64,000 nucleotides of DNA from Candidatus Eiseniibacteriota bacterium (lineage in GTDB: Bacteria > Eisenbacteria > RBG-16-71-46 > JABDJR01), in assembly GCA_963762255.1 (NCBI GenBank), contig CAVXKA010000001.1, forward strand, positions 1,600,001 to 1,664,000. Reading direction: 5' to 3'. The translations under genes and the position numbers were made by a program. This document shows positions 38,501 to 49,429 of this stretch, one piece after another. The notes under the pieces are model-generated. The model saw only the letters and a list, made by a program, of their open reading frames with translations. It did no database searches and was not told the origin of the DNA. Positions within the stretch are counted from its first letter, which is position 1. Each line of letters begins with the position of its first letter.

Positions 38501-41186
38501 ATGAGGCGCATGGTTTTCCTGTTCGCCGCGCTCGCGTTCTCCCTGAGTCTCGTCCTGGGGTGCGAGAAGGATAAGGTGACAGGACCCGGCAGCGGGAGCA
38601 GCGACCTTCCCATCCCCGACCAGATCGCGCTGTCGCGCGATATCCCGGCTCTGCTCGCCAACGGCGTTTCCACCACGCAGATCTTTGCCACCGTGGTGGA
38701 TGCGCAGAGACGAGTCTTGGAGGGCGCGGCGGTCTACTTCGTCGCCGACAGAGGGTTGGTCGAGCCGTTCGCTACGACCGATCGCACCGGGGTGGCCAGC
38801 ACCACCTACACTTCCGCGGCGAGCGCCGTGGATGTGACCGCGCGCATCACCGCGCAGGCGTTCAAGGACACGCTGGGATCGCCCCTCCCGGGCGCGCTGG
38901 TGCTGCTCAGCAAGGAACCCTTGAGTCAGGACCTCCTCGACAAGGCCGTCGACGCGCGGCGCAGCATCGTCCGCGACGGCGTGACGCTGGCGGCAGCGGA
39001 TGTCGTGGAGGACCATGTCGATGTGGAGCTCCTCGGCATTACCTTGACCGTGACTGCGACACCTTCGGCGATTCCGGCCGACGGGATCAGCACGAGTCGG
39101 GTCCGCGCCCGTCTCGTGGAGACGACGAGCAACGTGCCGCTGGACGGAGAGAGCGTCCGCTTCGGCTCCACCGCCGGAGCGATCACCGGGCGGGTGACCA
39201 CCGACGCCACCGGGACAGCGACCGCGACGCTTACGGCGACCGCGACCGGGACCGCAGGGATCACCGTCTACTACGGAAACCTCCTGACGACCACGACCAG
39301 CGTGAGCTTCAGCGCGCTCAACCTGACCCTTTCCGCCGCTCCGGCGAGCATCGTGGGCGACGGCAAGACGACGACCACGGTCACCGCGCGGCTGGTCAGC
39401 GCGCTCCTCAACCCCGTCGTCGGTGTCCAGGTTCGATTCACCACGAATCTCGGTTCGATCGCCGGCTCCGCCGTTACCGATGGATCCGGGGAGGCGAGGG
39501 CCATGCTGCGCTCGGCGAGCGGCACCGGCACCGCGACGGTTTCGGCGACCTACGAGGGCGCGCCCACTGCGACCATGACTGTTTCCTTCACCGCGATCCC
39601 GACCGCGGCGGAAGTGCTGCTCTCCGCCGAGCCAGGATCACTCCCCGCCGACGGCGCCAGCGAAGCCACCCTGACCGCGCGCGTTCTGGACGCGGGCGGC
39701 AACCCGGTGCCTGACGGTACCGCGGTGGTTTTCTCGGTCGTCTCCGGAGGCGGCAATCTCGTAGGACCGAATCGGGTCACGGTGAGCGGCGTGGCCGAGG
39801 CGATCTACGTTGCCGGGACCACCTCGGGGCTCGTGAACGTGAAGGCTCAGGTCGGCACCGTGCAGAAGACCGCGCAGGTGACCTTGACGCGCCTGGGAAC
39901 CGGGAGCCTGACGTTGACTTCGCTGGATGCCACCGTCATCGCGGACGGTCTCAAGTCGACCATCGCTCACCGCGGTGGTCAAGGACGCTCTGGGCAACCC
40001 CGTGGCCGCGGGGACGGCGGTGTCTTTCCAGACCTCGCTCGGTGCGATCGAGGACGTGAAGCCCACCGACGCCTCGGGGGTTGCCACCGCGAAGCTGCGG
40101 CCGAACCGCTTCGTCACCGGCACCGCGCGGGTGACTGCTGCGGCGGGCGGCTTCAGCCAGATCGTGGACGTGAAGTTCGTCTCCGAAACGGCGACGCACA
40201 TCGTCGTGATCGACGTGAACGAGCCAAGCATCGGCGTGGTCGAATCGGCTTCGCCTCAGGTTGCGCAGATCACCTATGAGGTCCGGGATCGCAACGGGAT
40301 CCCCGTGGACCGCGATCACGCGATTTCTCTCACTTTCGCAGTGGACCCCGGGGAACCGTCTGCGACGGACGCGGTCGTAAGCCCCACGTCGGCCACGACC
40401 AACGAGCGCGGGCGTGCGGTGGCCAACGTCCAGGCCGGGCGGGTCTCCGGATCGATCGAAGTGCGCGCGACGTCCGGTGCGCTGGTGTCCAGGCCGATCC
40501 GGGTGGCGATCCACGGCGATCTCCCCGATCCGGACCACTTCTCACTCGCCTTCCAAAAGGTCAACATCGCCGGACTCGTCTATGAGGGAATCCGCAACAA
40601 GGTGACCGCTCACGTGGGAGACCAGTGGGGGAACCCGGTTCCGGACTCGACGGTGGTTTGGTTCTGGGCCGATTACGGCATCGTCCAAGGGAGCGGGTTC
40701 ACCGATGACTTCGCGGAAGCTGTCGTCTGGGAAGTCACCTCGGCCCCGTACCCGCTCATCCCGGGGGGCGACGGACTGGTCGCCATCACGGCCCAAACGG
40801 TGAGTAAGGCGGGCCTCAAGATCGAGACTAGCGGCAACGTGATGTGGTCCGGCCCCACGATCGTGGAATTCACCGACCCCACTCCGGGCGCGGGCTTCGC
40901 CATCCTGAACGGCGGGTCCAAGACGTTCACCTTCCGCGTGCGCGACCTCAACAATAACCCGCTCACCGGAGGAACCAAGATCACGGTCGAGGCCACTGCC
41001 GGGAATCTGGCGGGAGACACCGACATCGTGTTGCCCGACACCCAGAGCGCGGAGTACACGACCTTCCACGTGACCCTGTCCGACGACGTCCCGGATGAGG
41101 ATCTTGTTCGACCAACGACCATCACGGTGAAGGTGACGAGCGAGAACGGGAACCGGGCCGCCACGATCACGGGGACGCTGAACTAG
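38501..41186 (+). CDS. Lipoprotein with multiple Big_1/invasin-type Ig-like domains, frameshifted near 39965
   Basis: AAGGAG RBS, lipobox VLGC; repeats .ADG.S...TA.V.D..GNPV..GT.V.F continue in the +1 frame. Confidence 0.8.
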
Positions 41187-41217
41187 AGGGCGCCGGTCCG
41201 ATCCCGGGCACGTGAAC

Positions 41218-43275
41218 ATGACCGAGACGCATCGCAGCGCCTGTCCGCTCGACTGTCCGGACAACTGCAGCCTTGCCGTCCAGACCGAGGACGGCCGCGT
41301 CACCGTTGTGGACGGCAGTGACCTGAGTCCGATCACGGCGGGCTATATCTGCGCCAAGGTGCGCCGCTTCCCCGAGGCGATGTACGGCCCCGAGCGCGTG
41401 CTCACGCCGCTCGTGCGCGCCGGCGCGAAGGGGGAGGCGGCATTCCGCGAGACGAGCTGGGATGAGGCGCTGACCCTCGTCACCCAACGCTTGTCGGAGG
41501 CGCGCGACACGCACGGCGGAGAGTCGATCCTGCCCTTCTACTACGGGGGCTCGAACGGGTTCCTCTCCCAGGATACGACCGACGCGCGGCTATTCCGCCG
41601 CCTCGGGGCATCGCAGCTCGCGCGCACCGTCTGCGCAGCGCCGACCGGCCGCGCCGCCGACGGCCTCTATGGGAAATTCCCCGGCGTCGGCTACACCGAC
41701 TACCCGCACGCGAACCTCATCGTGGTGTGGGGGGCCAACCCGGTCGATTCCGGCATTCACCTCATGCCCTACATCCAGGAGGCGCAGAAACGAGGCGCAA
41801 AGCTCGTCGTGATCGACCCGCGCCGCACCAAGCTCGCAGTGAGATCCGACCTGCACCTGGCGCCCTTCCCGGGCACGGATCTCCCTCTGGCGCTCGCGAT
41901 CATCAACTTGTTCTTCGAGCGCGGGTGGGCGGACGAATCGTTCCTGAAGGAGCACGCCACCGGCGTGCAGGCGTTGCGTGAGCGCGCCGCGCCGTGGAAC
42001 GTCCACTACGCGGCCAGCGTATGCCGCATGACGGACGCCGAGATCGAGCGCTTCGCGGAACTGTACGCGGCCACGACTCCGGCGGTCGTGCGCTGCGGCT
42101 GGGGCCTTGAGCGCAACCGAAACGGCGGCTCCGCGGTAGCGGCCGTGCTCGCGCTCCCCGCGGTGGCGGGCAAGTTCGGCGTGCGCGGCGGGGGATACAC
42201 GCTGAGCAATTCCAAGGCCTGGGGCTTGAGCGCGGCCGACGCCGCCAACGCGCCTCTGCCGGCAACGCGGACCATCAACATGAACAAGCTGGGGGAGACC
42301 CTGACCTCCGCGGACCTGACCCCACCGGTGAAGGGGCTCTTCGTCTACAACTGCAACCCGCTCGCCACCATGCCCAACCAGGAATCGGTGCGACGCGGAT
42401 TGGCGCGCGAGGACTTGTTCACCGTCGTCTTCGATCCGGTCCTGACCGATACCGCGCGTTACGCGGACGTGGTGCTCCCCGCCGCGACGTTTCTCGAGCG
42501 GCGAGAGCTGTCCCGGGGATACGGCTCGTTCACGCTGCAGGATGCGCCTCAGATCGTGCCTCCGATCGGCGCTTCCCGCGCCAACCACGAGGTATTCCTG
42601 GATCTGGTGCGGCGTTTCGGGCTGGAGCAACCCGGCGATCCGACCACAGAGGACGACGTTCGGGAGGCCGTGCTGTCGAGACTGGGCAGCGAAGACGAGG
42701 CTGCCGCGGCGCCCCGAGGCCTCCCCGATCGCGACACCGCGCGCCGCGCGCTCGATGAGACCGGCCTCATCTTTCCCAAGTACGGGACAGGACCGGTGCA
42801 ATTCGTGGACGTATTCCCCTGGACCTCGGACGGAAAGATCCATCTCGTTCCGGAGGATCTCGACCGCGAGGCCCCCGAAGGGCTCTATCACTACAGCCAC
42901 GAGCCCCGCGAATCGCGGCACCTGCTCGCACTCATCTCGCCGTCCTCCAACCGCACCATCAGCTCGACCTTGGGGCAGCTTCATCGCAAGCCGGCGACCC
43001 TGGAGATCCATCCTGCCGACGCGCTCGTGCGGCGCATTCAGGACGGCGATTCGGTTCGCGTCTTCAACGAGTACGGTGAAGTGCGCTGCCACGCGCGGAT
43101 CAACGTCGATGTGCGCATGGGCGTCGTGGAGCTTGCGAAGGGACTCTGGAGTCACAACACGTTGAACGGCGCGACGGCGAACGCGCTGGCGCCCGACACC
43201 CTCACCGATCTCGGTGCGGGGGCCTGTTTCAACGACGCGCGGGTCCGGGTGGAACGGCTGCCCGCTCCAGCGTGA
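41218..43275 (+). CDS. Molybdopterin-dependent oxidoreductase
   Basis: CPLDCPDNC...C Fe-S motif, SWDEAL, VIDPRRT, TDTARYADVVLPA, IHPADA..R.I.DGD.VRVFN. Confidence 0.9.
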   Translation: MTETHRSACPLDCPDNCSLAVQTEDGRVTVVDGSDLSPITAGYICAKVRRFPEAMYGPERVLTPLVRAGAKGEAAFRETSWDEALTLVTQRLSEARDTHGGESILPFYYGGSNGFLSQDTTDARLFRRLGASQLARTVCAAPTGRAADGLYGKFPGVGYTDYPHANLIVVWGANPVDSGIHLMPYIQEAQKRGAKLVVIDPRRTKLAVRSDLHLAPFPGTDLPLALAIINLFFERGWADESFLKEHATGVQALRERAAPWNVHYAASVCRMTDAEIERFAELYAATTPAVVRCGWGLERNRNGGSAVAAVLALPAVAGKFGVRGGGYTLSNSKAWGLSAADAANAPLPATRTINMNKLGETLTSADLTPPVKGLFVYNCNPLATMPNQESVRRGLAREDLFTVVFDPVLTDTARYADVVLPAATFLERRELSRGYGSFTLQDAPQIVPPIGASRANHEVFLDLVRRFGLEQPGDPTTEDDVREAVLSRLGSEDEAAAAPRGLPDRDTARRALDETGLIFPKYGTGPVQFVDVFPWTSDGKIHLVPEDLDREAPEGLYHYSHEPRESRHLLALISPSSNRTISSTLGQLHRKPATLEIHPADALVRRIQDGDSVRVFNEYGEVRCHARINVDVRMGVVELAKGLWSHNTLNGATANALAPDTLTDLGAGACFNDARVRVERLPAPA

Positions 43276-44302
43276 GCAGAGCCTCCTTACGCCAGAGCCC
43301 TCCACCGTAGCCCACGAGGCGTCCGTCCTTGCCCACGATGCGATGGCAGGGGATGACGATGCCGATTCGGTTGTCACCGTTGGCGTGGCCCACGGCGCGG
43401 ACTGCGCTGGGCCGGCCCAACTCTCGGGCCAACCACTCATAGGAGCGCGTCTCACCCGAGGGCACGCGTTGCAACGCCGCCCACACCGCGCGCTGGAACT
43501 CGGTGCCGGGAACCACCAGCGGCACGGTGAACTCCCGCAGCGTTCCGGCGAAGTAGCGCTCCAGCTCCGCTTCGAGACGGGCTAGATGGGGATTGCGACC
43601 CGGCGCGAACTTGGCGTTCAGGAGCTTCTGAAGCCTGGCGATCTGGGTCGGGAGCATCCGTCGATCGGAGAACTCCAGGAGGCAGACCCCCTCATCCGTT
43701 GCGGCGGCGATCATCGGACCCAGCGGCGAAGTGAGACGCGTCGTGACCACGAGCGTCACCGCGCGACTTCGACCCGGGGCGTCACCGAAGACCTTCGCGA
43801 AGGCGTCGCGAAACGCGCTCGGTGATTCATAGCCGTGATCGTACGCGGCCTCGGTGAGGTCCGCCCCGTGGCCGATGTTGGCCAGAGCGAGGCCCAACCG
43901 GCGCGAGCGCTGGTAGGCATGAAAGGTCATCCCGTGGTGGGTCTTGAACCAGCGTCGCACCCGGATCGGATCGAGTCCGCGGTCGCGCAGATCCTGCTCG
44001 GTCCATCGTCGCGCCGGATCGCGCTCGACCTCGGCCAGGATGGGGCGCAGCCATTCGGGGACGGCGCCGCGAGGCTCCATCGGCCGGCAGCGCAGGCACG
44101 GACGGTAGCCGGCGGCCAGCGCCTCGCGCGTGGAGGGAAAGAACTCGATGTTCTCCCGTCGCGGGCGCTTTGCCGTGCAGGTCGGCCGGCAGAAGATCCC
44201 GGTGGTTCGCACCGCAGTGACGAACACGCCGTCGAAGGCGCTGTCGCGGTCCAGGAACGCGCGGTACATCGTGTCTGAGGAAGGCAATCTCGTCATCAGC
44301 AT
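43229..44302 (-). CDS. ada: Bifunctional Ada regulator / O6-methylguanine-DNA methyltransferase
   Basis: TTGIFCRPTC, RPCLRC zinc domain, AraC HTH, IPCHR active site. Confidence 0.93.
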   Translation of the reverse strand: MLMTRLPSSDTMYRAFLDRDSAFDGVFVTAVRTTGIFCRPTCTAKRPRRENIEFFPSTREALAAGYRPCLRCRPMEPRGAVPEWLRPILAEVERDPARRWTEQDLRDRGLDPIRVRRWFKTHHGMTFHAYQRSRRLGLALANIGHGADLTEAAYDHGYESPSAFRDAFAKVFGDAPGRSRAVTLVVTTRLTSPLGPMIAAATDEGVCLLEFSDRRMLPTQIARLQKLLNAKFAPGRNPHLARLEAELERYFAGTLREFTVPLVVPGTEFQRAVWAALQRVPSGETRSYEWLARELGRPSAVRAVGHANGDNRIGIVIPCHRIVGKDGRLVGYGGGLWRKEALLTLERAAVPPGPARR

Positions 44303-44361
44303 GCCGCCACGATAGCGGGAACGAACCGAGCGTCTCTACCGATTTTCGAGCGGGGAATCCG

Positions 44362-45132
44362 TCAGTTCGAACCCGTCCCGCTTCCCATCATCTCCGCGAT
44401 CTTTTGGTACTGCGTATGGACGTTCTCCACTGCTTCCGGGGCGTCGAACCAGTTCTTCGCGGTGCAGGCTTCGTTGAGGATCTTCGTGCGCCAGCAGAGG
44501 AGCGACATCTCCTGATGGAGCGTCTTCTCCTGATCGGCGAAGCGCTTGGGAACCGGCGCGGCCAGAAGCTCTTTGCAGCGCTCGGCCATGAGCGCCGCGC
44601 CGACGGCCACGTCGTCCCACTTCTTGTCCGGCAACGCATGGTGATAGATCTTGTAGAGTTCGACGTGATAGGCCTCGAGCTCCTTCATCGGCGGGCGGAC
44701 CACCCGCATGAGACCCTCGAAACCCGAGTGGAGCGCTTCGGCCGCCTTGAGGAGCCCGGGCTCGTCGTTCTTGGCCGCGGCCGTCTCGTATTGCTTCAGC
44801 GTCGTGGAAAGCACCTTGACGCCCGATCCCCACGCCTCGGCCTTGTCGCGCAGGATACCCGGGAGCACGACGGCCTGCAGCGTCGCCACGTGCTTCTGCA
44901 CCTCGGGCAGCAACTCCTTCATCATCGCGTAGTTCTTGTTGGGCCACGCCTCGTGCCAGAGGGGAAAGATCACCTCGTGGAAGGCGGACAGCGCGGGAAC
45001 TTCCGAGGAGGTCTCGTCCATGCACGAGTCCGCGGCCGCGCTCTTTGCCGGTTCCGCCGCATGCGTGCCCACCGCTCCCAACATCGCCATCATCGCGAAA
45101 CCGACCAGAATCGCCGCCAGACGCCTCTTCAT
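44362..45132 (-). CDS. Secreted helical protein with a His-rich internal duplication
   Basis: Signal peptide THA-A; two repeats FHEVIFPLWH / YHVELYKIYHH. Confidence 0.65.
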   Translation of the reverse strand: MKRRLAAILVGFAMMAMLGAVGTHAAEPAKSAAADSCMDETSSEVPALSAFHEVIFPLWHEAWPNKNYAMMKELLPEVQKHVATLQAVVLPGILRDKAEAWGSGVKVLSTTLKQYETAAAKNDEPGLLKAAEALHSGFEGLMRVVRPPMKELEAYHVELYKIYHHALPDKKWDDVAVGAALMAERCKELLAAPVPKRFADQEKTLHQEMSLLCWRTKILNEACTAKNWFDAPEAVENVHTQYQKIAEMMGSGTGSN

Positions 45133-45279
45133 GACCACCGGCTCCTCGTTGAATCCGTGCACTCCGCGCGCGTCCGCGCGTGGCGGGGCGCCCGCGGCTG
45201 AACCCCTCAGCCGTGCGGACAGGGAGCATAGCACTCCGAGCCGGGCCGGATGTCAGCGCACCCGGCCCGTCGGTGACGA

Positions 45280-46413
45280 TCAGGGCTCGAGCCGAACCGG
45301 CAGGTACTCGATGTCCTGCGGGTAGTCGAGATCGTTCAGGATCTGCTCGTACTCGCCCGTGCGGAGGTCGATTCGATACAACGAGTTTTCGAAGTTGATC
45401 ACCACGTACGCGTAGCTGCCGACCACGACGACGCTGGTAATGTTCCCCGCGGGCAGTGTGCAAAGCGTGATCAGCTCGCCGGTATCGGTGAATGCCTGAA
45501 CCCGCATCGACCGACACAGGTAGAGCGTGCCGCCATGGTAGTCGATCGCTCCCAGCCACCCAAGACCGTCATCCACCTTGTGAAGGATCGACGCTTCTCG
45601 CGTGGTCAGGTCGAAAGCCAGCACGCCGTCGTTTCCGTTCTCGGAGACGATCAGGCGATCGCCGGCGATAACCCCGTCCACGTTCTGCAAGTCCTCGCCC
45701 GCCTCCGGCATGGGGACGGTCTCGATCAGCGCGCCGCCTGAGCTGACGAAGTGGACCATGTCATCGTGGTTCGACAGCAACGCAAACCCGCCGTCCGGGA
45801 GCATGGCGAAGTCATACCCGTCGACGCTGTCGGGGATGTCGATCGAGGAGACAAACTGCCCGTCGTGGTCGATCTCCTCGACCACGCCCCCTGGTCCCCG
45901 GAAGATCCGCGTTCCCAGGACCTCGATAGATCTTCCCGTTGTGCTCAGGAGGAACTCCGCCCCGTAGGCGTCGACGGTGTGTATGCCCCCCCGATCCGAG
46001 ACGAGAAGCGTTCCCTCCATGACGTCCACGGAAACCGTGTCGCGGGCGGTACCGCCGTTGCCGTCGGTGACGGCCACGCGGATCTCGTGCGGGCCGTCGC
46101 CGGCCGGGGCTTGCCACCGCACGGCAGGTCCGCTCCCGATCAAGAGCCCCGTGGGCGCCGACCATGCGTAGCTCAGGTTGTCGCCATCCACGTCCTCGGC
46201 GGTGCACGCGATCGATACGGTGTCCCCGGTTGCCAGAACGGGCAGGTTCACGCTAAGAATGTCGATCGTGGGCGGATGGTTGTCGCCAGGCTTGGTCGTG
46301 TCGTCGTCCCCGCATCCATTCACGCCGAACGCGGCGAGCGCCGGCAGAAGGAGAAGGAGAGCGGTCGCGCGCGGCCCGCTAGCAAACCGGGTGCCGATGA
46401 GTCGGGCAAACAT
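45280..46413 (-). CDS. Lipoprotein with PKD/Ig-like domain and beta-propeller
   Basis: Lipobox VNGC; NHPP...AEDVDGDNLSYAW...VTDGNGG. Confidence 0.65.
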   Translation of the reverse strand: MFARLIGTRFASGPRATALLLLLPALAAFGVNGCGDDDTTKPGDNHPPTIDILSVNLPVLATGDTVSIACTAEDVDGDNLSYAWSAPTGLLIGSGPAVRWQAPAGDGPHEIRVAVTDGNGGTARDTVSVDVMEGTLLVSDRGGIHTVDAYGAEFLLSTTGRSIEVLGTRIFRGPGGVVEEIDHDGQFVSSIDIPDSVDGYDFAMLPDGGFALLSNHDDMVHFVSSGGALIETVPMPEAGEDLQNVDGVIAGDRLIVSENGNDGVLAFDLTTREASILHKVDDGLGWLGAIDYHGGTLYLCRSMRVQAFTDTGELITLCTLPAGNITSVVVVGSYAYVVINFENSLYRIDLRTGEYEQILNDLDYPQDIEYLPVRLEP

Positions 46414-46552
46414 GGAAACCCCCTGTGCGTCGGCGGTCACGCTCGCCCGGGGGGGGAGCCGGATGGCCGGTGGGAGGGGCTCGGTGACCTGTGATCCCTC
46501 CTTTCTACTCGGAAGTCGATGAAATGTCCACACTCCAGGAAAGGAATTCGGC

Positions 46553-46975
46553 GTGAAATCGTACCGAGAGACACTGACATTCAACGTCCCCGTCCGAATG
46601 GATTTCATCAATGTCACCCCCGAGGTGGAGCATGCGGTGCGCAAGAGCGGGGTCAGGGAGGGACTCTGCCTGGTCAACGCGATGCACATCACCGCCAGCG
46701 TGTTCATCAACGACGACGAGCGCGGGCTCCACGAGGACTACAAGCGCTGGCTCGAAGCACTCGCCCCGCACGACCCCAGCCCCGAGCGCTATCATCACAA
46801 CCGCACCGGAGAGGACAACGGTGATGCGCATCACAAGCGCCAGATCATGGGGCGCGAGGTCGTGGTGGCGATCACAGAGGGCAAACTCGACTTCGGCCCC
46901 TGGGAGCAGATCTTCTACGGCGAGTTCGACGGGCGCCGCCCGAAGCGCGTGCTCATCAAGATCATCGGAGAGTGA
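46553..46975 (+). CDS. yjbQ: YjbQ/UPF0047 family protein
   Basis: [35 protein letters not shown]. Confidence 0.9.
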   Translation: MKSYRETLTFNVPVRMDFINVTPEVEHAVRKSGVREGLCLVNAMHITASVFINDDERGLHEDYKRWLEALAPHDPSPERYHHNRTGEDNGDAHHKRQIMGREVVVAITEGKLDFGPWEQIFYGEFDGRRPKRVLIKIIGE

Positions 46976-46979
46976 CGCA

Positions 46980-48725
46980 ATGACAGATCGCGCGTTCAAG
47001 CTGACAGCGGCCTTGGCCGTCCTCGTGTCCCTATTGAGCGGGACAGGCGCGGTTGCCGCACAACCTTCCCGCGTCGCTTTCCACCCCGGCGGATGGGGCG
47101 GCGACGGCATGGTGGTCAGCGACAGCCGCCTTGCCTCGGAAGCCGGAGCCGCGGTCATCGAACGCGGCGGTAACGCGGTGGACGCGGCAGTCACCGCCGC
47201 CTTCGCTCTCTCCGTGACCTATCCCTGGGCGGGTAACCTTGCCGGAGGCGGGTTCGCAGTCGTTCGCGCCGCCGACGGCGCGATGACAACACTCGATTTC
47301 CGCGAAACCGCTCCCGCTGCCGCGCGCCCCGACATGTTTCTCGACGCGCGCGGCGACACCGTGCCGGGCCTTTCGCTCAACAGTCACCTTGCAGCAGGTG
47401 TTCCCGGTTCGGTGGATGGGTTGCTGCGACTCTGGGAGGACCACGGCTCCGGGCGTGTGACGCGCGCCGAGATTCTCGCCCCCGCTATCCGTCTCGCTCG
47501 CGAGGGCTTCTCCATCGACCAGGATCTTGCCGAGAGACTCAACCGAAAGCGCGCCCGACTGAACGAAGACGCGGGCGCGGCGGCAATCTTCGTTCGCGCG
47601 GACGGCCGCGACTGGCGTCCCGGGGACATGCTCTTTCAGGAGGACCTCGCCCGCACGCTGGAGCGCATTGTCCGCGACGGGCGGGACGGCTTCTACGACG
47701 GCGAGACGGCCCGGCTCATCGCTCGTGAGATGGAGGCAGGGGCGGGCCTGATCACCCCGCGGGACCTTGGCGCGTATCGCGCAGTCACCCGCGATCCGGT
47801 GCGCGGCACGTTTCGGGGCTACGAGATCGTGGGGATGGGCCCGCCGAGTTCCGGGGGCGTCTTCGTCGTCCAGCTTCTGAACATGTTGGAACCCTGGCCG
47901 CTCGAGGAGTACGCGTGGGGAAGCGCGGTCTACATCCACACGGTGGCGGAAGCGGAACGGCGCGCGTTCGCGGACCGCAGCCGTCACCTGGGCGATCCCG
48001 ACTTCTGGACCGTGCCGCTATCGATGCTGCTGGACAAGGGCTACGCGATGGAGCGTATGCGAGGCGTCTACCTGGGTATCGCCACCCCCAGCGAGAACGT
48101 GCGACCCGGCGACGCCGCATCGTGGGAGGCCACCGAGACGACCCACCTCTGCGCCGCGGATGCCGACGGCAACGTGGTGAGCCTCACCACGACGTTGAAC
48201 GCGGGTTTCGGAAGTTGCCTCGTCGTCGACGGGACCGGCGTGCTCCTCAACAACGAGATGGACGACTTCGCCGCCAAGCCCGGCGTACCCAACCTGTACG
48301 GGTTGGTCGGAGACTCCGCCAACGCGGTGGCTCCCGGGAAGAGGATGTTGAGCTCCATGTCGCCGACGATCGTGCTCCGGGATGGGAAACCGATCCTGGC
48401 GCTGGGCGCGGCGGGGGGATCGCGCATCATTACGTCTGTGACGCAGGTGATCGTGGACGTGCTCGTGTTCGGGATGCCGGTCTCCGATGCGGTGGCCGCA
48501 CCGAGGTTCCACCACCAGTGGCTCCCCGATGAACTCTGGGTGGAGCCGCTGGCACTGGCGCCGGAGGTCGCGCGTGCGCTCACCGGCAGGGGACACCACG
48601 TCGTGCTTCGCGATGCCGAACCTCTCGCCAACGTCAACGCGATCGCCATCGGCGAAGACGGCTTCTACGGGGGGCCCGAGACGCGGAACGCCGCATACGC
48701 GGCCGGGGCGTGGAGAAGGCGATGA
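46980..48725 (+). CDS. ggt: Gamma-glutamyltransferase
   Basis: GGNAVDAA, DFRETAP, GVPGSV, PPSSGG, ETTH, LNNEMDDF, RMLSSMSP, PRFHHQWLP. Confidence 0.95.
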   Translation: MTDRAFKLTAALAVLVSLLSGTGAVAAQPSRVAFHPGGWGGDGMVVSDSRLASEAGAAVIERGGNAVDAAVTAAFALSVTYPWAGNLAGGGFAVVRAADGAMTTLDFRETAPAAARPDMFLDARGDTVPGLSLNSHLAAGVPGSVDGLLRLWEDHGSGRVTRAEILAPAIRLAREGFSIDQDLAERLNRKRARLNEDAGAAAIFVRADGRDWRPGDMLFQEDLARTLERIVRDGRDGFYDGETARLIAREMEAGAGLITPRDLGAYRAVTRDPVRGTFRGYEIVGMGPPSSGGVFVVQLLNMLEPWPLEEYAWGSAVYIHTVAEAERRAFADRSRHLGDPDFWTVPLSMLLDKGYAMERMRGVYLGIATPSENVRPGDAASWEATETTHLCAADADGNVVSLTTTLNAGFGSCLVVDGTGVLLNNEMDDFAAKPGVPNLYGLVGDSANAVAPGKRMLSSMSPTIVLRDGKPILALGAAGGSRIITSVTQVIVDVLVFGMPVSDAVAAPRFHHQWLPDELWVEPLALAPEVARALTGRGHHVVLRDAEPLANVNAIAIGEDGFYGGPETRNAAYAAGAWRRR

Positions 48726-48775
48726 GATCGTGCGGCGCGCGATTGCCGCTTCGGTGATTGAGGTAGACGTGCCAC

Positions 48776-49387
48776 TCAGCCGACCTCGTGCACTTGCGCC
48801 ACCCCCGAGGTGCGATCGCGAAGCTCCTCGGTCACTCTCATGACCGCGCCCACCGGCACGTCCAAGGTGAGCGAGACGGTCTCGCCGTACTCGGAGGCGA
48901 CCGGCACCAACCCTGCGGCGGCGAGCGCGCCCTGCACCGCGCCCGAGACCTCGTAGGGGAACGACACGTTCAGGCGCCGCGTCACCCGCACCACGCGCGC
49001 CGGAGCCCGGCTCAACACCTCGTTGGCGGCGCCGCCATAGGCCCGAATCAATCCACCCACCCCGAGTTTCACGCCGCCGAAGTATCGCGACACGACCACC
49101 AGCGTGTGATGCAACCCGTGCGACTCGATCTGCTGAAGGATGGGCCGTCCCGCCGAGCCGCCCGGCTCCCCCGCGTCGTTGGTGCGAAAGGCGCCGCTCT
49201 CCGGGTCCAGCCGATAGGCATAGCAGTGGTGGGATGCATCGGCGTATTCGCGGTGAACGTCCGCCACCCGATGCTCCGCTTCGGCGGCATCGGTCACGAA
49301 CGCCGCGCGTGCGATGAACCGCGAAGCCTTGATCTTCTCGCCTTCATGCTCGAACACGCCGGCGACCGTGCGGTATTCCTCGATCAT
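48776..49387 (-). CDS. yigZ: YigZ/IMPACT family protein
   Basis: ASHHCYAY, DAGEPGGSAG, RYFGGVKLGVGGLIRAY. Confidence 0.92.
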   Translation of the reverse strand: MIEEYRTVAGVFEHEGEKIKASRFIARAAFVTDAAEAEHRVADVHREYADASHHCYAYRLDPESGAFRTNDAGEPGGSAGRPILQQIESHGLHHTLVVVSRYFGGVKLGVGGLIRAYGGAANEVLSRAPARVVRVTRRLNVSFPYEVSGAVQGALAAAGLVPVASEYGETVSLTLDVPVGAVMRVTEELRDRTSGVAQVHEVG

Positions 49388-49429
49388 GTTCCTCGTCGTG
49401 ACCTCCCCATTCCGGGAAGCGGCGAACCT

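Noticed and set aside
43229-43275. 47-nt convergent overlap of the oxidoreductase and ada genes
   Set aside because: Short tail overlaps are common in GC-rich genomes; no further signal.
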